Source: a virus (Duplodnaviria; Caudoviricetes). Taken from it: 61,474 nt of DNA. Both the position numbers and the translations under genes were made by a program. The DNA is taken from positions 1-61,474 of the IMG/VR virus record IMGVR_UViG_3300050132_000042. One strand, given 5' to 3'. This document shows, piece by piece, positions 1-9,129 of this stretch. The stretch's first letter is position 1; each line of letters starts with the position of its first letter. Below the pieces are notes generated by a model that was not told the origin of the DNA, made no database searches, and was given only the letters and a program-made list of their open reading frames with translations.

Positions 1-238
1 ACCGAGTCGTCTTATGACCACGATCCAGGCGCACCACCCATTCATGCGCTGCGTCTGCAATCACACTGTCGCCGGTGTTCGTTGTGACCTTATACAGATT
101 TCGATTCTTCCATGTTTCAGACACGGTGACGATCTTCGTGATTGACCCATCAACGGCGAACACACTATCGCCGACTCGCAGATCCGCCATGCGCTTGAAC
201 CCATCGGGGGTCGGAACCACCTCGTCGACCGACAACGC
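1..238 (-). mobile_element. Intein N-terminal splicing region (Ala1, probable class 3), truncated by the window edge
   Basis: After PPRHGK the protein reads ALSVDEVVPTPDGFKRMADLRVGDSVFAVDG (block A) ... VIADAAHEWVV (block B His followed by Trp). Confidence 0.85.
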
Positions 239-460
239 CTTCCCATGGCGGGGCGGGGCTTCGATGATCAGACGCGGGCTCTTGCCTGCGATGCAGTCGG
301 CCAGGAACTTCTCGATGACGCGACCCAGCTTCTTGTGGAACCAGCCCGCGAGATAGTCCTTCTTGATGTGCTGAATGGCCGAGATGAGATGCCGCCGCGC
401 ATACTCCTGCTTCATTGCCTTGAAGTCGGCAGCAGTGAGCTTCAGCGCGGCTGCCATCAT
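1..460 (-). CDS. terL: Terminase large subunit, N-terminal part (runs off window start), with an intein inserted in Walker A
   Basis: Own translation from ATG 460 (ATGA overlap with the terS stop): MMAAALK...PRLIIEAPPRHGK, a typical TerL Walker A. It is missing from the ORF track because there is no stop in the window. Confidence 0.9.
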   Translation of the reverse strand, partial: MMAAALKLTAADFKAMKQEYARRHLISAIQHIKKDYLAGWFHKKLGRVIEKFLADCIAGKSPRLIIEAPPRHGKALSVDEVVPTPDGFKRMADLRVGDSVFAVDGSITKIVTVSETWKNRNLYKVTTNTGDSVIADAAHEWVVRLDRGHKTTR

Positions 461-960
461 TCGCCCTCGCCTTTCGTCGCTTCGTTCATCAATGAAAGCA
501 ACTGCTCCAGCTTCTCGTCGCTCAGCTTAGACAGGTCGAGCTTCGCATCACCCATGTTCACGTTCTTGTTTATGTTCATCGCGTCGATCTTGATGGGGCT
601 GTCGAGCCCGCGATACTTCGCACGACGTTCCATGATGCGCAGCAGCGTATCGGCCACGCGGGGATCGTTGCGCTGAGCGAATAGCGAAACGGTCATCTTA
701 TCGAGGCGATTAAGCTCGTGGCGCACAAGCTGGTCGGCCTTCATGTCGAACAGCTTGTTCTCACGATCAAGCGCAGTGCAGACGATACGATGCACGCTGG
801 TATCACTGATCGGCATGCCGCGTTTCGTCATCTCCTCAGCAATAGCCGCTTCGCTCATACCTGCGATACGCAGATCAACGATCATCCTATTGCGTGGCGC
901 ATTCTTGGCCTGCACGAGCTTGTTACGCTTTTGAATGGCGGGAACGCGGTTCTGTTTCAT
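457..960 (-). CDS. terS: Terminase small subunit / HTH DNA-packaging protein
   Basis: HTH-like N-terminus (LRIAGMSEAAIAEEM), ERRAKYRGLDSPIK motif, DLSKLSDEKLEQL tail; lies directly upstream of terL. Confidence 0.75.
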   Translation of the reverse strand: MKQNRVPAIQKRNKLVQAKNAPRNRMIVDLRIAGMSEAAIAEEMTKRGMPISDTSVHRIVCTALDRENKLFDMKADQLVRHELNRLDKMTVSLFAQRNDPRVADTLLRIMERRAKYRGLDSPIKIDAMNINKNVNMGDAKLDLSKLSDEKLEQLLSLMNEATKGEGE

Positions 961-2558
961 CGCCTCACCTTCTTCCCATTGATGGGGAGGCGCAAGCAAA
1001 GAAAGTCCTCGAACGTTTTTTCACCGTGCTCGCTCAACTGTGGCCCGCGACCAATCACGTACTCGTCAAGCTGCTCGACAACTGCGCCGACTGACGACGC
1101 AATTTCAACTGCAATAGAACTGAGTGGGTACACACGATTGCCGACATTGAGTATGAACGCGCTACCCGGCTTCAAGGCGTGCAGCGTCTTGAGGACGAAC
1201 GGACGATAGAAACCATCGACCCACGCGTCGAACGTTTTGTATCGGTTCATGCTGTTCGTCTTTTCGCCTGAGTACTTCTCAGTGTCATAGTACGGCGGCG
1301 ACGTTAATGCGAAATCAAAACTGCCTGCGTCGAGGTCAGCATCCTCAAACGGCAGGCAGATTGATTCGGCAGTTCCGATGGCCGCGCTTTGCTTCAGAAA
1401 CTTGATCAGTTCAGCGACACCTTCATGGGTCTTCGTGGCTGGATCGTAGCCGACGTACTTCGCTGCAAGACCTGACGCCAAGAAGCCAATCACGCGCCCA
1501 CCCCACCCGTGGCAGGGGTCGAGCACCCGTGATGCGTGCTGCGCATACCGCAAGTACAGATCCCGCGCAATGGCCGGGCGAAACTCATACACGAGCTGTC
1601 CACTGCCCGCCCAACCGATGCTGCTGTACTTCACGAACATATTGGGATGCACATCACCTTCACACTGCTTCGCGATGAACTTCGATCCAGTCTCGATGAA
1701 CTTCGCGTCCTTGCACGCAGCAACGAACGACTGCCCAGCACTCGCGTCCGTCTCAAGCCGATGCGGGTTGAACAACGCTGAAATGTAGTAGCCCACGTCA
1801 CCGCCCCGCACAAGCGCGTTGAACTGCGCCATCGCCATCGCGGGAGTGATGACACCCTGAACAACTTCCATTGCCGTCTTCGGGTGGGGCCAATCACAGC
1901 CAATCTGCTTTGCGAGCTGCTCATCAGAAAACACGCTTGGTCGGCTGCTGAGATCTTCCCCAATGTGCTCTTTGCCGAGCAATGCATCAAGCCCCTTGTT
2001 CGAGCACTCGATGTCATGAAGCAACGCAGCGAGAATGTCGTTGTCAGTGTTCGCCATTGCACTGAGCGGGTCGAATGTCGCGAGCGCAATACGTTCTTCG
2101 TTCTCACTCAACTCAACGTACGACACCGGCACATGCTTTTCATTCTTGGCGAGTGCGCGCTCAACGCGCAGATGACCGTCGATCATGTGGCCCGTTGTCT
2201 TGTTCACGATCACGCGTTGAATCCAGCCGATCTCATCGAGCGCGGCATCGAGCGCGACCTGCTGCGTGTGCGGATGCTTGCGCCAGTTCTGCGGATTCGG
2301 GATCAGTGTGCGCGGGTCAACGTCGGCCTCGCCGACGATGCGCGAAGCCCAGCGCTGCGTCGCTTCGTGCCTTAACCCGGCGATCTGCGAACCTGCTCGC
2401 ACAGCGCTGGCGGAAGCGCTGCCGGTTGCATCGTGGGGCACGCTGGAGCCCTTGCGCGACGCTGAGCGCGTGGATGACTGGCTGGGGGCCGTCGTGCCCG
2501 CTGGCGGCGCACTGGGGCGCGGCTGGCGTTTGGGGGCGACTGGGGATGGGGTGGCCAT
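957..2558 (-). CDS. ParB-like N-terminal domain fused to a SAM-dependent DNA amino-methyltransferase
   Basis: ParB-like PNPQNWRKH...IDGHLRV; methyltransferase motifs VLDPCHGWGGR and FALTSPPYY. Confidence 0.8.
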   Translation of the reverse strand: MATPSPVAPKRQPRPSAPPAGTTAPSQSSTRSASRKGSSVPHDATGSASASAVRAGSQIAGLRHEATQRWASRIVGEADVDPRTLIPNPQNWRKHPHTQQVALDAALDEIGWIQRVIVNKTTGHMIDGHLRVERALAKNEKHVPVSYVELSENEERIALATFDPLSAMANTDNDILAALLHDIECSNKGLDALLGKEHIGEDLSSRPSVFSDEQLAKQIGCDWPHPKTAMEVVQGVITPAMAMAQFNALVRGGDVGYYISALFNPHRLETDASAGQSFVAACKDAKFIETGSKFIAKQCEGDVHPNMFVKYSSIGWAGSGQLVYEFRPAIARDLYLRYAQHASRVLDPCHGWGGRVIGFLASGLAAKYVGYDPATKTHEGVAELIKFLKQSAAIGTAESICLPFEDADLDAGSFDFALTSPPYYDTEKYSGEKTNSMNRYKTFDAWVDGFYRPFVLKTLHALKPGSAFILNVGNRVYPLSSIAVEIASSVGAVVEQLDEYVIGRGPQLSEHGEKTFEDFLCLRLPINGKKVRR

Positions 2559-2615
2559 AACAGAAGTGTGACCTATCAGCACAAGAAAATTTTCACTGAT
2601 TTGAGAAAATGATCT

Positions 2616-2986
2616 TGTAATAGCAGCATAATGGGGCTCAAACGCAATGGTGGCGCGGGTTTAAGCGATTTTTGTAATAGCAGTAGTAGCAATTAAAAAA
2701 AATGCTATTACATAAATTTTCCTTATTTTTCAATGAAGTTTTAAGATTGTAATAGCAGTAATAGCTTTTCTTCTAAGTATAGAAAGAAGAAGAAGAAGTA
2801 TAAGTATATACTATAATGTATGTATTGTTTTTTAGAGTGTAGTAATGAGAGAGTGTGTACTAGAGTTCAAACCTGCTATTACAAATTACTGCTATTACAA
2901 ACCCCGAAGACCCGCGCCACCACTATGTAGCAGCTTGTAATAGCAGCCCGCTGCGGACCCCTCAAAACGGCCGATTTGCTATTACA
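2616..2986. repeat. AT-rich iteron cluster, putative replication origin
   Basis: Eight copies of TGTAATAGCA in both orientations (2616, 2673, 2703r, 2748, 2873r, 2889r, 2936, 2977r). TGGTGGCGCGGGT (2648) and ACCCGCGCCACCA (2910) form an inverted pair around an AT-rich core. Adjacent to the primase-helicase. Confidence 0.75.
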
Positions 2987-3098
2987 AACCGACGCCGACC
3001 CCTCTCGTACATAACTATTTATGCGCGCCGTCAAAACGTGCCGCTTTTTTACTACCCTGTCCTTGACCCATTTGATAAAAACAAGACCAAAATATCTG

Positions 3099-3128
3099 TT
3101 TACTTTTTTAAATCTTCTGGTCTAAAAT
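3099..3128 (+). promoter_or_regulatory. Sigma70-like promoter for the replication operon
   Basis: TTTACT-N18-TAAAAT upstream of the ORF at 3190. Confidence 0.5.
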
Positions 3129-3189
3129 CTATATCCCACAGACCATCTACGGCTCACCCAGTTTTGCTTCTTATTCATGGAGATACCAA

Positions 3190-3579
3190 ATGACTGATCA
3201 GCGCGGCATCATCGATGCCCTCATCACTCTATTTGAAGATACGTTGGAGGTCGTGCCAGAGGGTTCGCGCGGGCTGATCTGCCGCCAGTTCACTCGCATC
3301 AAGGCCGAGTATGAGACCGCCCCGCCGCCCACGGCATTCCCGAAGGGTGGTGGGCCAGCCGCGTACTGGAAGCACTATCGCGAGAACCAGCAATTCAAGA
3401 TCGAGATTCGCGGCGGTGGCGAGTACGTCATGACCGGTGTGGACGCAGTCGCCGCGCACCTTGAAATGAAGCCCACCACATTCCGCCAGCGCATGTCCAC
3501 TGAGCGCGGCAAGTTTCACGTCATGCGGCACTGGGATGGTATCGACAAGGTGATCACTGTTACGCGCATCGCGGCGTGA
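3190..3579 (+). CDS. Hypothetical protein, possibly DNA-binding
   Basis: GGAGA RBS; HTH-like VDAVAAHLEMKPTTFRQRMS. Confidence 0.6.
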   Translation: MTDQRGIIDALITLFEDTLEVVPEGSRGLICRQFTRIKAEYETAPPPTAFPKGGGPAAYWKHYRENQQFKIEIRGGGEYVMTGVDAVAAHLEMKPTTFRQRMSTERGKFHVMRHWDGIDKVITVTRIAA

Positions 3580-5669
3580 CGCTCATGGCCAAGAAACCAT
3601 CCACCCCAGCAGAGCTATCTGCGCTCGCAGAACCAGCTTTGCAATCATCCGGTCTCACGCTCGACGATGCGAGCGCATTGCACATCGATATTCTCAGTGC
3701 GGACCAGACTCTCGCACTCAGCCCATCATTCAAGCGTGCCCCATCGCTCAAGTTCAACTACATTGACCCATGGCTTGCGCAGCCGCAGAAGTTCGCCCCG
3801 GACTGGCCTGACTTCTATCGTGTGCGCTACATGGGCACGCTCACAGACATCGCGTCCCTTTCCACAGACAAGCCACAGCGCTACGCGCAGCCACCCGGCC
3901 CCGGCTTATGCGCCTACTTCCCAGCGAACATCAACGGGCAGTGGTCTGGTATTCTCTCCGACAGCACTGCATCCATCATCATTACCGAAGGTGAGAAGAA
4001 GGCCGCGTGCGCATGCAAGCATGGGTTCCCCACCATCGGCATCGGCGGCGTGCATAACTTTCAGATCGGCAAGATGGGGCTCGTTCTGCTCCCCGATCTG
4101 GAGAAGATCAATTGGGTGCGTCGTCGTGTGTACTTGATCTTCGATGCGGACTTCCGTTCCAATCCGAACGTATGCAAGGCTGCGAACAAGCTCGCCGAGC
4201 GTCTTTATCAGCGTGGTGCGCTTGTTCATTTCGTGCCACTGCCTGATGTGGTGCAAGGCGGCAAGACCGGGTTGGACGACTTCATCATCACCGAGAAGAA
4301 CCCCAACGCGCTCGCGGAACTGATCAACGAGAAGGCCGAAGCGATGACCATCGCTCAGCCATTGTGGGGGTTGAACGATCAGATTGTCTACGTCAAGAAC
4401 CCCGGCATGATCATCGTCCAGGACACAGGCCAGAAGCTCGCCCCCAATGCGTTCACCAGTCACGCGTATGCCAATGTCATGGCTAGCGAGCGCATGCTCG
4501 ATGTCAATGGCCACATCAGCCTCAAGGATGTGAGCGCAGCCGTGAAGTGGTTGCAATGGCCATTCCGCGCCACGGTCAGCAGCATTACGTACGCTCCGGG
4601 GGTGCCCATGGGTATCACCGACGCGAACGAATGGAACACATGGCCGGGTTGGGGCTGCGCGCCGAAGAAATCCAAACTCGCCAACCTGTTCATCAAGTTG
4701 GTTGATCACCTGTTTGCAGGCACAGAGCCCGAAGCGAAGAAGTGGTTCCTGCAATGGTGCGCGTATCCACTTCAGCATCCAGGCGTGAAGATGTTTACAA
4801 GCGCAGTGCTATTCAGCAATACGCAAGGTGTCGGCAAGAGCCTCGTCTTCTCCATTCTTGGTGAGATCTATGGGGAGAATTATCACTCGATCAAGCAGGT
4901 AGACATCAACGGTAGTTTCAACGCGTGGGCCGAGAATAAGCAGTTCGTCCTGATCGACGACATCAGCGGCACCGACAAGCGGCACGAGGCAGATAGATGG
5001 AAGGGTCTGATCACGCAGCAGAAGATGGACATCAATATCAAGTACGTTCCCACCTACTCTGTGCGCGACTGCATCAACTACGGGCTGACCAGCAACCAGC
5101 CCGATAGCATCTATCTCGAAAACAACGACCGGCGTTTCTTCATTCACGAGGTCAAGGTCGATGCGCTCCCTGATAGTTTCTACAATGAGATCAAGGCAGT
5201 CACGAAAGACAGGGGTGATGGCACGCTCGCGCCAGCCGTGTTCGATTACCTTCTCCACATCGACCTGACTGGGTTCAACCCAACCGCTCAGGCATTCGTG
5301 ACGCAATCCAAGCTGCGCATGATCGAAGAAGTGAAATCAGACATAGCCGCATGGGTCAGCAGTCTTGTGAAAGACCCCGATGGTGTGCTGCGAGAGGGCC
5401 GCGCAGAGATCGTCGGTGACTTGTTCACCAGCAAGGAGCTTCTCAACTTCTACCACAGGGCTGGGCATACGCTCTGCACTGCGCAGACCATCGGCAAGGA
5501 ATTGCATAAGGCGGGCGTGCCTGAATTTCAGAATGGCACATCATTGCGCACCATCAAAGGGGTGGGAAAGTACTACATCATTCGCAATCAAGGGAAGTGG
5601 ATGAAAGCCAATCCAGCCGCAGCGACGGCACATGTCAATCAAATCTATGAAAAGGGAGGGTGGAAATGA
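3576..5669 (+). CDS. Primase-helicase (Toprim/DUF3854-like domain plus SF3/D5-like helicase)
   Basis: Toprim IITEGEKKA, LIFDAD, GLDDF; helicase Walker A TQGVGKS, Walker B LIDD, TSN motif, DRRFF. Confidence 0.9.
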   Translation: MTLMAKKPSTPAELSALAEPALQSSGLTLDDASALHIDILSADQTLALSPSFKRAPSLKFNYIDPWLAQPQKFAPDWPDFYRVRYMGTLTDIASLSTDKPQRYAQPPGPGLCAYFPANINGQWSGILSDSTASIIITEGEKKAACACKHGFPTIGIGGVHNFQIGKMGLVLLPDLEKINWVRRRVYLIFDADFRSNPNVCKAANKLAERLYQRGALVHFVPLPDVVQGGKTGLDDFIITEKNPNALAELINEKAEAMTIAQPLWGLNDQIVYVKNPGMIIVQDTGQKLAPNAFTSHAYANVMASERMLDVNGHISLKDVSAAVKWLQWPFRATVSSITYAPGVPMGITDANEWNTWPGWGCAPKKSKLANLFIKLVDHLFAGTEPEAKKWFLQWCAYPLQHPGVKMFTSAVLFSNTQGVGKSLVFSILGEIYGENYHSIKQVDINGSFNAWAENKQFVLIDDISGTDKRHEADRWKGLITQQKMDINIKYVPTYSVRDCINYGLTSNQPDSIYLENNDRRFFIHEVKVDALPDSFYNEIKAVTKDRGDGTLAPAVFDYLLHIDLTGFNPTAQAFVTQSKLRMIEEVKSDIAAWVSSLVKDPDGVLREGRAEIVGDLFTSKELLNFYHRAGHTLCTAQTIGKELHKAGVPEFQNGTSLRTIKGVGKYYIIRNQGKWMKANPAAATAHVNQIYEKGGWK

Positions 5670-5863
5670 AAGTGAGGGAGTTGCTGCATGAATTGATTGA
5701 TGCCGACCCCGACGCACAGGTTTGGATTGACCCACCTGATGACGTTTCGCAGCGGGGTATCAATTGCAGTTATCGAGAAGTACTATACGTAGAGCCTGGG
5801 CAACTAGAAGATATTTTTCTGAAGCCTGGGCCGAAACGCAAACATCGTTCAGAGGAGGTATGA
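5666..5863 (+). CDS. Small hypothetical protein
   Basis: Coupled start; MKVRELLHEL..DPDAQV is typical of small phage proteins. Confidence 0.6.
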   Translation: MKVRELLHELIDADPDAQVWIDPPDDVSQRGINCSYREVLYVEPGQLEDIFLKPGPKRKHRSEEV

Positions 5864-5864
5864 C

Positions 5865-6053
5865 ATGACACCCGAACAGGAAGTTCTCCAGAGCATCAAG
5901 ACAGCCATCATCGAGTTGCCTGCCGGTGATCAGTTGCAGATCCATCGCATCGCCAACAAGATTCGCATCGCCGTCGAGTTGAACCCCGACTATGGCAGAT
6001 GTGCGCTCGCGCTGGTCGGTGCCGAGTATGCCGCGAAGGAGGGTGCGGAATGA
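5865..6053 (+). CDS. Small hypothetical protein
   Basis: GGAGG RBS; operon packing. Confidence 0.6.
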   Translation: MTPEQEVLQSIKTAIIELPAGDQLQIHRIANKIRIAVELNPDYGRCALALVGAEYAAKEGAE

Positions 6054-6256
6054 AAGCGCTCACGTTCGATTCCTGGAAGCTGGCTGGCTTCCGTGTCATG
6101 CGCGGCGAGCACGCCACGGGTCACAATGACAAGGGCGAAGCGACCTTCACCCGCGATCAGGTCGAGGAAGGCTCAGAGCGGCAGTACTTCAATGACATGA
6201 ACATCACCGACATCGAGCGCGAGTCGACGGACCTTAAACCGAGAGGAGGCAGGTGA
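6050..6256 (+). CDS. Small hypothetical protein
   Basis: ATGA overlap; MKALTFDSWKLAGFRVMRGE. Confidence 0.6.
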   Translation: MKALTFDSWKLAGFRVMRGEHATGHNDKGEATFTRDQVEEGSERQYFNDMNITDIERESTDLKPRGGR

Positions 6257-6504
6257 TGAGCACGACGCAGCAGATGCTCGACGCCCCACCGCACGCGATC
6301 CTCGTGTGGTGCAATTCATCATTGACCTATCCGCGTAATCTCGCGCGGTACCTGAAGCGGCCTGATTTGATCATCGTGCCGCGCCACTGGCTTTGCAGTA
6401 TTGATGTGCATTCAACCAAAGGCCCGGTCGTGCTCGATCACTCGATCGCGCAACTGACCAGTGAAGAACGACAAGCACTTGACTACTTGAGGAGCAGAGC
6501 ATGA
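6253..6504 (+). CDS. Hypothetical protein
   Basis: Coupled start and RBS. Confidence 0.6.
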   Translation: MMSTTQQMLDAPPHAILVWCNSSLTYPRNLARYLKRPDLIIVPRHWLCSIDVHSTKGPVVLDHSIAQLTSEERQALDYLRSRA

Positions 6505-6776
6505 GTAACAACGTGTCTGAGATCGTGAGCAATCTGCGCGAGTGTGCGACCCAATTGGAGAGTGGTGATCTCGTCATTGATTCTGTCGCGATGGCTCGTG
6601 CGTTCGCCGAGATGGATTCCGAGGGGCAGGCTGCGTTTTTCGACGAACTGCATAGGATCGTCATGAATGAGTGGGAGTCCGGCATGGGCTCATTTCGTGT
6701 GCAGAAAGGTCAAATCCTGCGCAGGGTCAGCCCTGGTGGCAAGGAGATCATGCAGGCCATCGGCGAGGTGGAGTGA
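6501..6776 (+). CDS. Hypothetical protein
   Basis: ATGA overlap and GGAG RBS. Confidence 0.6.
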   Translation: MSNNVSEIVSNLRECATQLESGDLVIDSVAMARAFAEMDSEGQAAFFDELHRIVMNEWESGMGSFRVQKGQILRRVSPGGKEIMQAIGEVE

Positions 6777-6961
6777 TGCATTTCATCAATGTCGTCGAAG
6801 CCGAGAAGGAAGCGAAGCGGTTCCTGCTGCGCTGTGAGGAGTGGAAGCATCGGGCCAAGACCGAGCAGACGATGTACATGATGCAGACCGCCGAGGGTGG
6901 TGCGCTCACCCGCGCATCGTTGGACTTGTCGCGCAGTTTGGCGAAGCTGAGGAAACCGTGA
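6776..6961 (+). CDS. Hypothetical protein
   Basis: TGATG overlap; ends RASLDLSRSLAKLRKP. Confidence 0.6.
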   Translation: MHFINVVEAEKEAKRFLLRCEEWKHRAKTEQTMYMMQTAEGGALTRASLDLSRSLAKLRKP

Positions 6962-7455
6962 ACCCCATCATCGAAGCCGCCCAGGCATGGTACTTGTCCA
7001 AGCGCCCATCTCACTTCGACGCCGCTCAGCACAAGCAGCACCCGTGGGTGAACACCTTTGGCGACCAGGAGACCATGCTCGCAGTGGCCTGTGCGGGCGG
7101 GCCGGAAGACTGCATCATCGCCGCCGCGCGAGCATGGTATCGCAGTGAGCATCGCCCCGCCACAATCGAAGGCAAGCACCTCGATCAAGTTCTCTCAACC
7201 ATGTCATCCGATGATGACGACAACCAAGAAGGAGCAATCATGAATTGCTGGCTCGTATCACTTCCCGGCAGATGCCGTCGTTTCGTCGCATCGCAGGCCG
7301 ACGCTCGCGAGATGCGGGAACTATTCATGCAGGAGTACAGTGTCAAGAAAAAGGAAGTGGTAGTTGAGCCCGCAGACATTCCTACAAAGAAAGATGACTT
7401 GCTCGCGTACATGAACGAAGCCTATGCGACCATCGACGCGGTGGGGGTGCAGTAA
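6958..7455 (+). CDS. Hypothetical protein with an in-frame internal start at 7240
   Basis: GTGA overlap; internal AAGGAG-N5-ATG at 7240; duplicated IIxAAxAWY motif. Confidence 0.5.
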   Translation: MNPIIEAAQAWYLSKRPSHFDAAQHKQHPWVNTFGDQETMLAVACAGGPEDCIIAAARAWYRSEHRPATIEGKHLDQVLSTMSSDDDDNQEGAIMNCWLVSLPGRCRRFVASQADAREMRELFMQEYSVKKKEVVVEPADIPTKKDDLLAYMNEAYATIDAVGVQ

Positions 7456-7982
7456 TGAACGATGTCATGATCGATCTCGAAACAATGGGCACCGGCCCGC
7501 GCGCTGCCATCATCGCCATCGGCGCAGTGCTGTTCGATCTGAAGACCGGCGAGCTTAGTCAGACGTTTCTTCAGTCAGTCGATCTGGAAAGCTCGATGCT
7601 GATGGGTGGGGAAGTGACTGCCGGAACTATCGAGTGGTGGATGAAGCAGAGTGAAGAAGCCAAGCTCGTCTTCACCGACAGCCACAAGAGCAGCATCCAC
7701 CACGCACTGCTGTCATTCTCCAGGTTCATCGACAAGTATTCCGCCAGAGGTCTCAAGGTGTGGGGCAATGGCAGTGACTTCGACAACGTGATCCTGCGTG
7801 GTGCCTATGACCGCTGCGGTATGGAGACTCCGTGGGAGTTCCGCAACAGCCGCTGCTATCGCACCGTGAAGAACCTGTTCCCCGATATCAAGTTCGAGCC
7901 CAGCGGCGTCGCGCACAATGCACTCGACGACGCGACTGCCCAGGCGACTCATCTCATTCGCATGATCGGAGGCAAGTCATGA
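7455..7982 (+). CDS. DEDDh 3'-5' exonuclease (Rv2179c/ExoVIII-N-like)
   Basis: MIDLETMG, WGNGSDFD and HNALDDA motifs. Confidence 0.9.
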   Translation: MNDVMIDLETMGTGPRAAIIAIGAVLFDLKTGELSQTFLQSVDLESSMLMGGEVTAGTIEWWMKQSEEAKLVFTDSHKSSIHHALLSFSRFIDKYSARGLKVWGNGSDFDNVILRGAYDRCGMETPWEFRNSRCYRTVKNLFPDIKFEPSGVAHNALDDATAQATHLIRMIGGKS

Positions 7983-8269
7983 TTGAACGACGCAGTGAGA
8001 TCACGCCCGCATTGCGAGACGTAATTGTCGAGCGTTACCGGCAGGTCAACGACGAGCACTTCAGCGCTGATCATGACGACGAACATACCGACTGCTCCCT
8101 GGCCATCGCGGGGGCGTACTACGCAGCGTTCTCCACTGACGCCATTGTCGACCCCTGGCCGTGGGATGAGTCATGGCTGAAGATCACGACGCACCGGCAG
8201 AACTGCGTGAAAGCCGCCGCGCTGATCATCGCTGAGATCGAGCGGCTCGACCGCAGGGAGGTGAAATGA
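7979..8269 (+). CDS. Conserved phage hypothetical protein
   Basis: ERxRQ...HDDEH...WPW...KAAALIIAEIERLDR pattern common in phages. Confidence 0.75.
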   Translation: MIERRSEITPALRDVIVERYRQVNDEHFSADHDDEHTDCSLAIAGAYYAAFSTDAIVDPWPWDESWLKITTHRQNCVKAAALIIAEIERLDRREVK

Positions 8270-8592
8270 GACAGTGCTACATCAGCGGCCAGTACAGCAA
8301 CGCCGACCCAATGCTGCGCAACGGCAACATCATGCGGGCGATGGAGGCAGGTATCGCTCTGCTTCAGCGCAACTGGCTTCCCATTGTTCCGCATACCAGC
8401 ATGAACCACAGCACGCCCTGGTCGGTCGCGATCAGCCGCGACAAGATGGTGCTGCACTCGCTCGACCCCATGACCGACGTGCTGGTCGTGCTCTCAGGTT
8501 GGGGTGACTCCCCTGGGGCATGCGAAGAAGTGAAGGTTGCGCAGATGCTCGGCATTCGGGTGCTCACACTACATGAGGCAATTCGGCTATGA
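8266..8592 (+). CDS. DUF4406-like / nucleoside deoxyribosyltransferase-fold protein
   Basis: YISGQYS...PIVPH...LSGWGDSPGACEE. Confidence 0.7.
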   Translation: MRQCYISGQYSNADPMLRNGNIMRAMEAGIALLQRNWLPIVPHTSMNHSTPWSVAISRDKMVLHSLDPMTDVLVVLSGWGDSPGACEEVKVAQMLGIRVLTLHEAIRL

Positions 8593-8879
8593 CCATCCAT
8601 GACGACTTCGCATTCTTCGGCCTCGACATCAACGCGAGCCTGAACGACATCAAGGAGCGCTATCGCACCCACGCCTTCAGTGCCCACCCCGACCAGGGCG
8701 GCGACACTGCGCAGTTCACGAAGCTGAACGAAGCATACAAGTCCTGCATCGAGTTCGCCCGCAACGCGCCATGCGCACTCTGCAATGGCATGGGCATCTT
8801 CACGACGATCAGCGCGGCGATGAAGTTGACGAAGATCCCGTGCGTGAAGTGCGACGGCACCGGGAGGGCGCACCGATGA
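8589..8879 (+). CDS. Minimal J-domain protein with a DnaJ-type zinc finger
   Basis: HPDQGG J-domain motif; CALCNGMG and CVKCDGTG. Confidence 0.85.
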   Translation: MTIHDDFAFFGLDINASLNDIKERYRTHAFSAHPDQGGDTAQFTKLNEAYKSCIEFARNAPCALCNGMGIFTTISAAMKLTKIPCVKCDGTGRAHR

Positions 8880-9016
8880 ACGACGCACAGATGAAACTGC
8901 TCGATGAAGCGCTCGCGCTGGTCAGGGATCACAGGCTGGTCGCAATGGCCAAGCGCATGAACCGCCTGGAGATCATCCTGGTCGCACTGAAAGAGATGAA
9001 CTGCAATAAGTCGTAG
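8876..9016 (+). CDS. Small hypothetical protein
   Basis: ATGA overlap; last gene of the operon. Confidence 0.5.
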   Translation: MNDAQMKLLDEALALVRDHRLVAMAKRMNRLEIILVALKEMNCNKS

Positions 9017-9025
9017 CCCGACCTT

Positions 9026-9060
9026 GCGGCCAACTGCACATATTGCAGTTGGCCGTAAAA
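9026..9060. terminator. Stem-loop (terminator or operator)
   Basis: GCGGCCAACTGCA-catat-TGCAGTTGGCCGT followed by AAAA. Confidence 0.6.
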
Positions 9061-9097
9061 ATATTTACGTATATTGCAGTAAACGCAAACATATTTA

Positions 9098-9127
9098 TTT
9101 ACAGCACTATACAAATCATGTCAAAAT
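9098..9127 (+). promoter_or_regulatory. Sigma70-like early promoter
   Basis: TTTACA-N18-CAAAAT with a TG extended -10, in an AT-rich patch; same layout as the promoter at 3099. Confidence 0.5.
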
Positions 9128-9129
9128 TA

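Noticed and set aside
2616-2986. CRISPR-like mini-array
   Set aside because: The 10-11 nt units occur in mixed orientation with irregular spacing, which fits iterons better.
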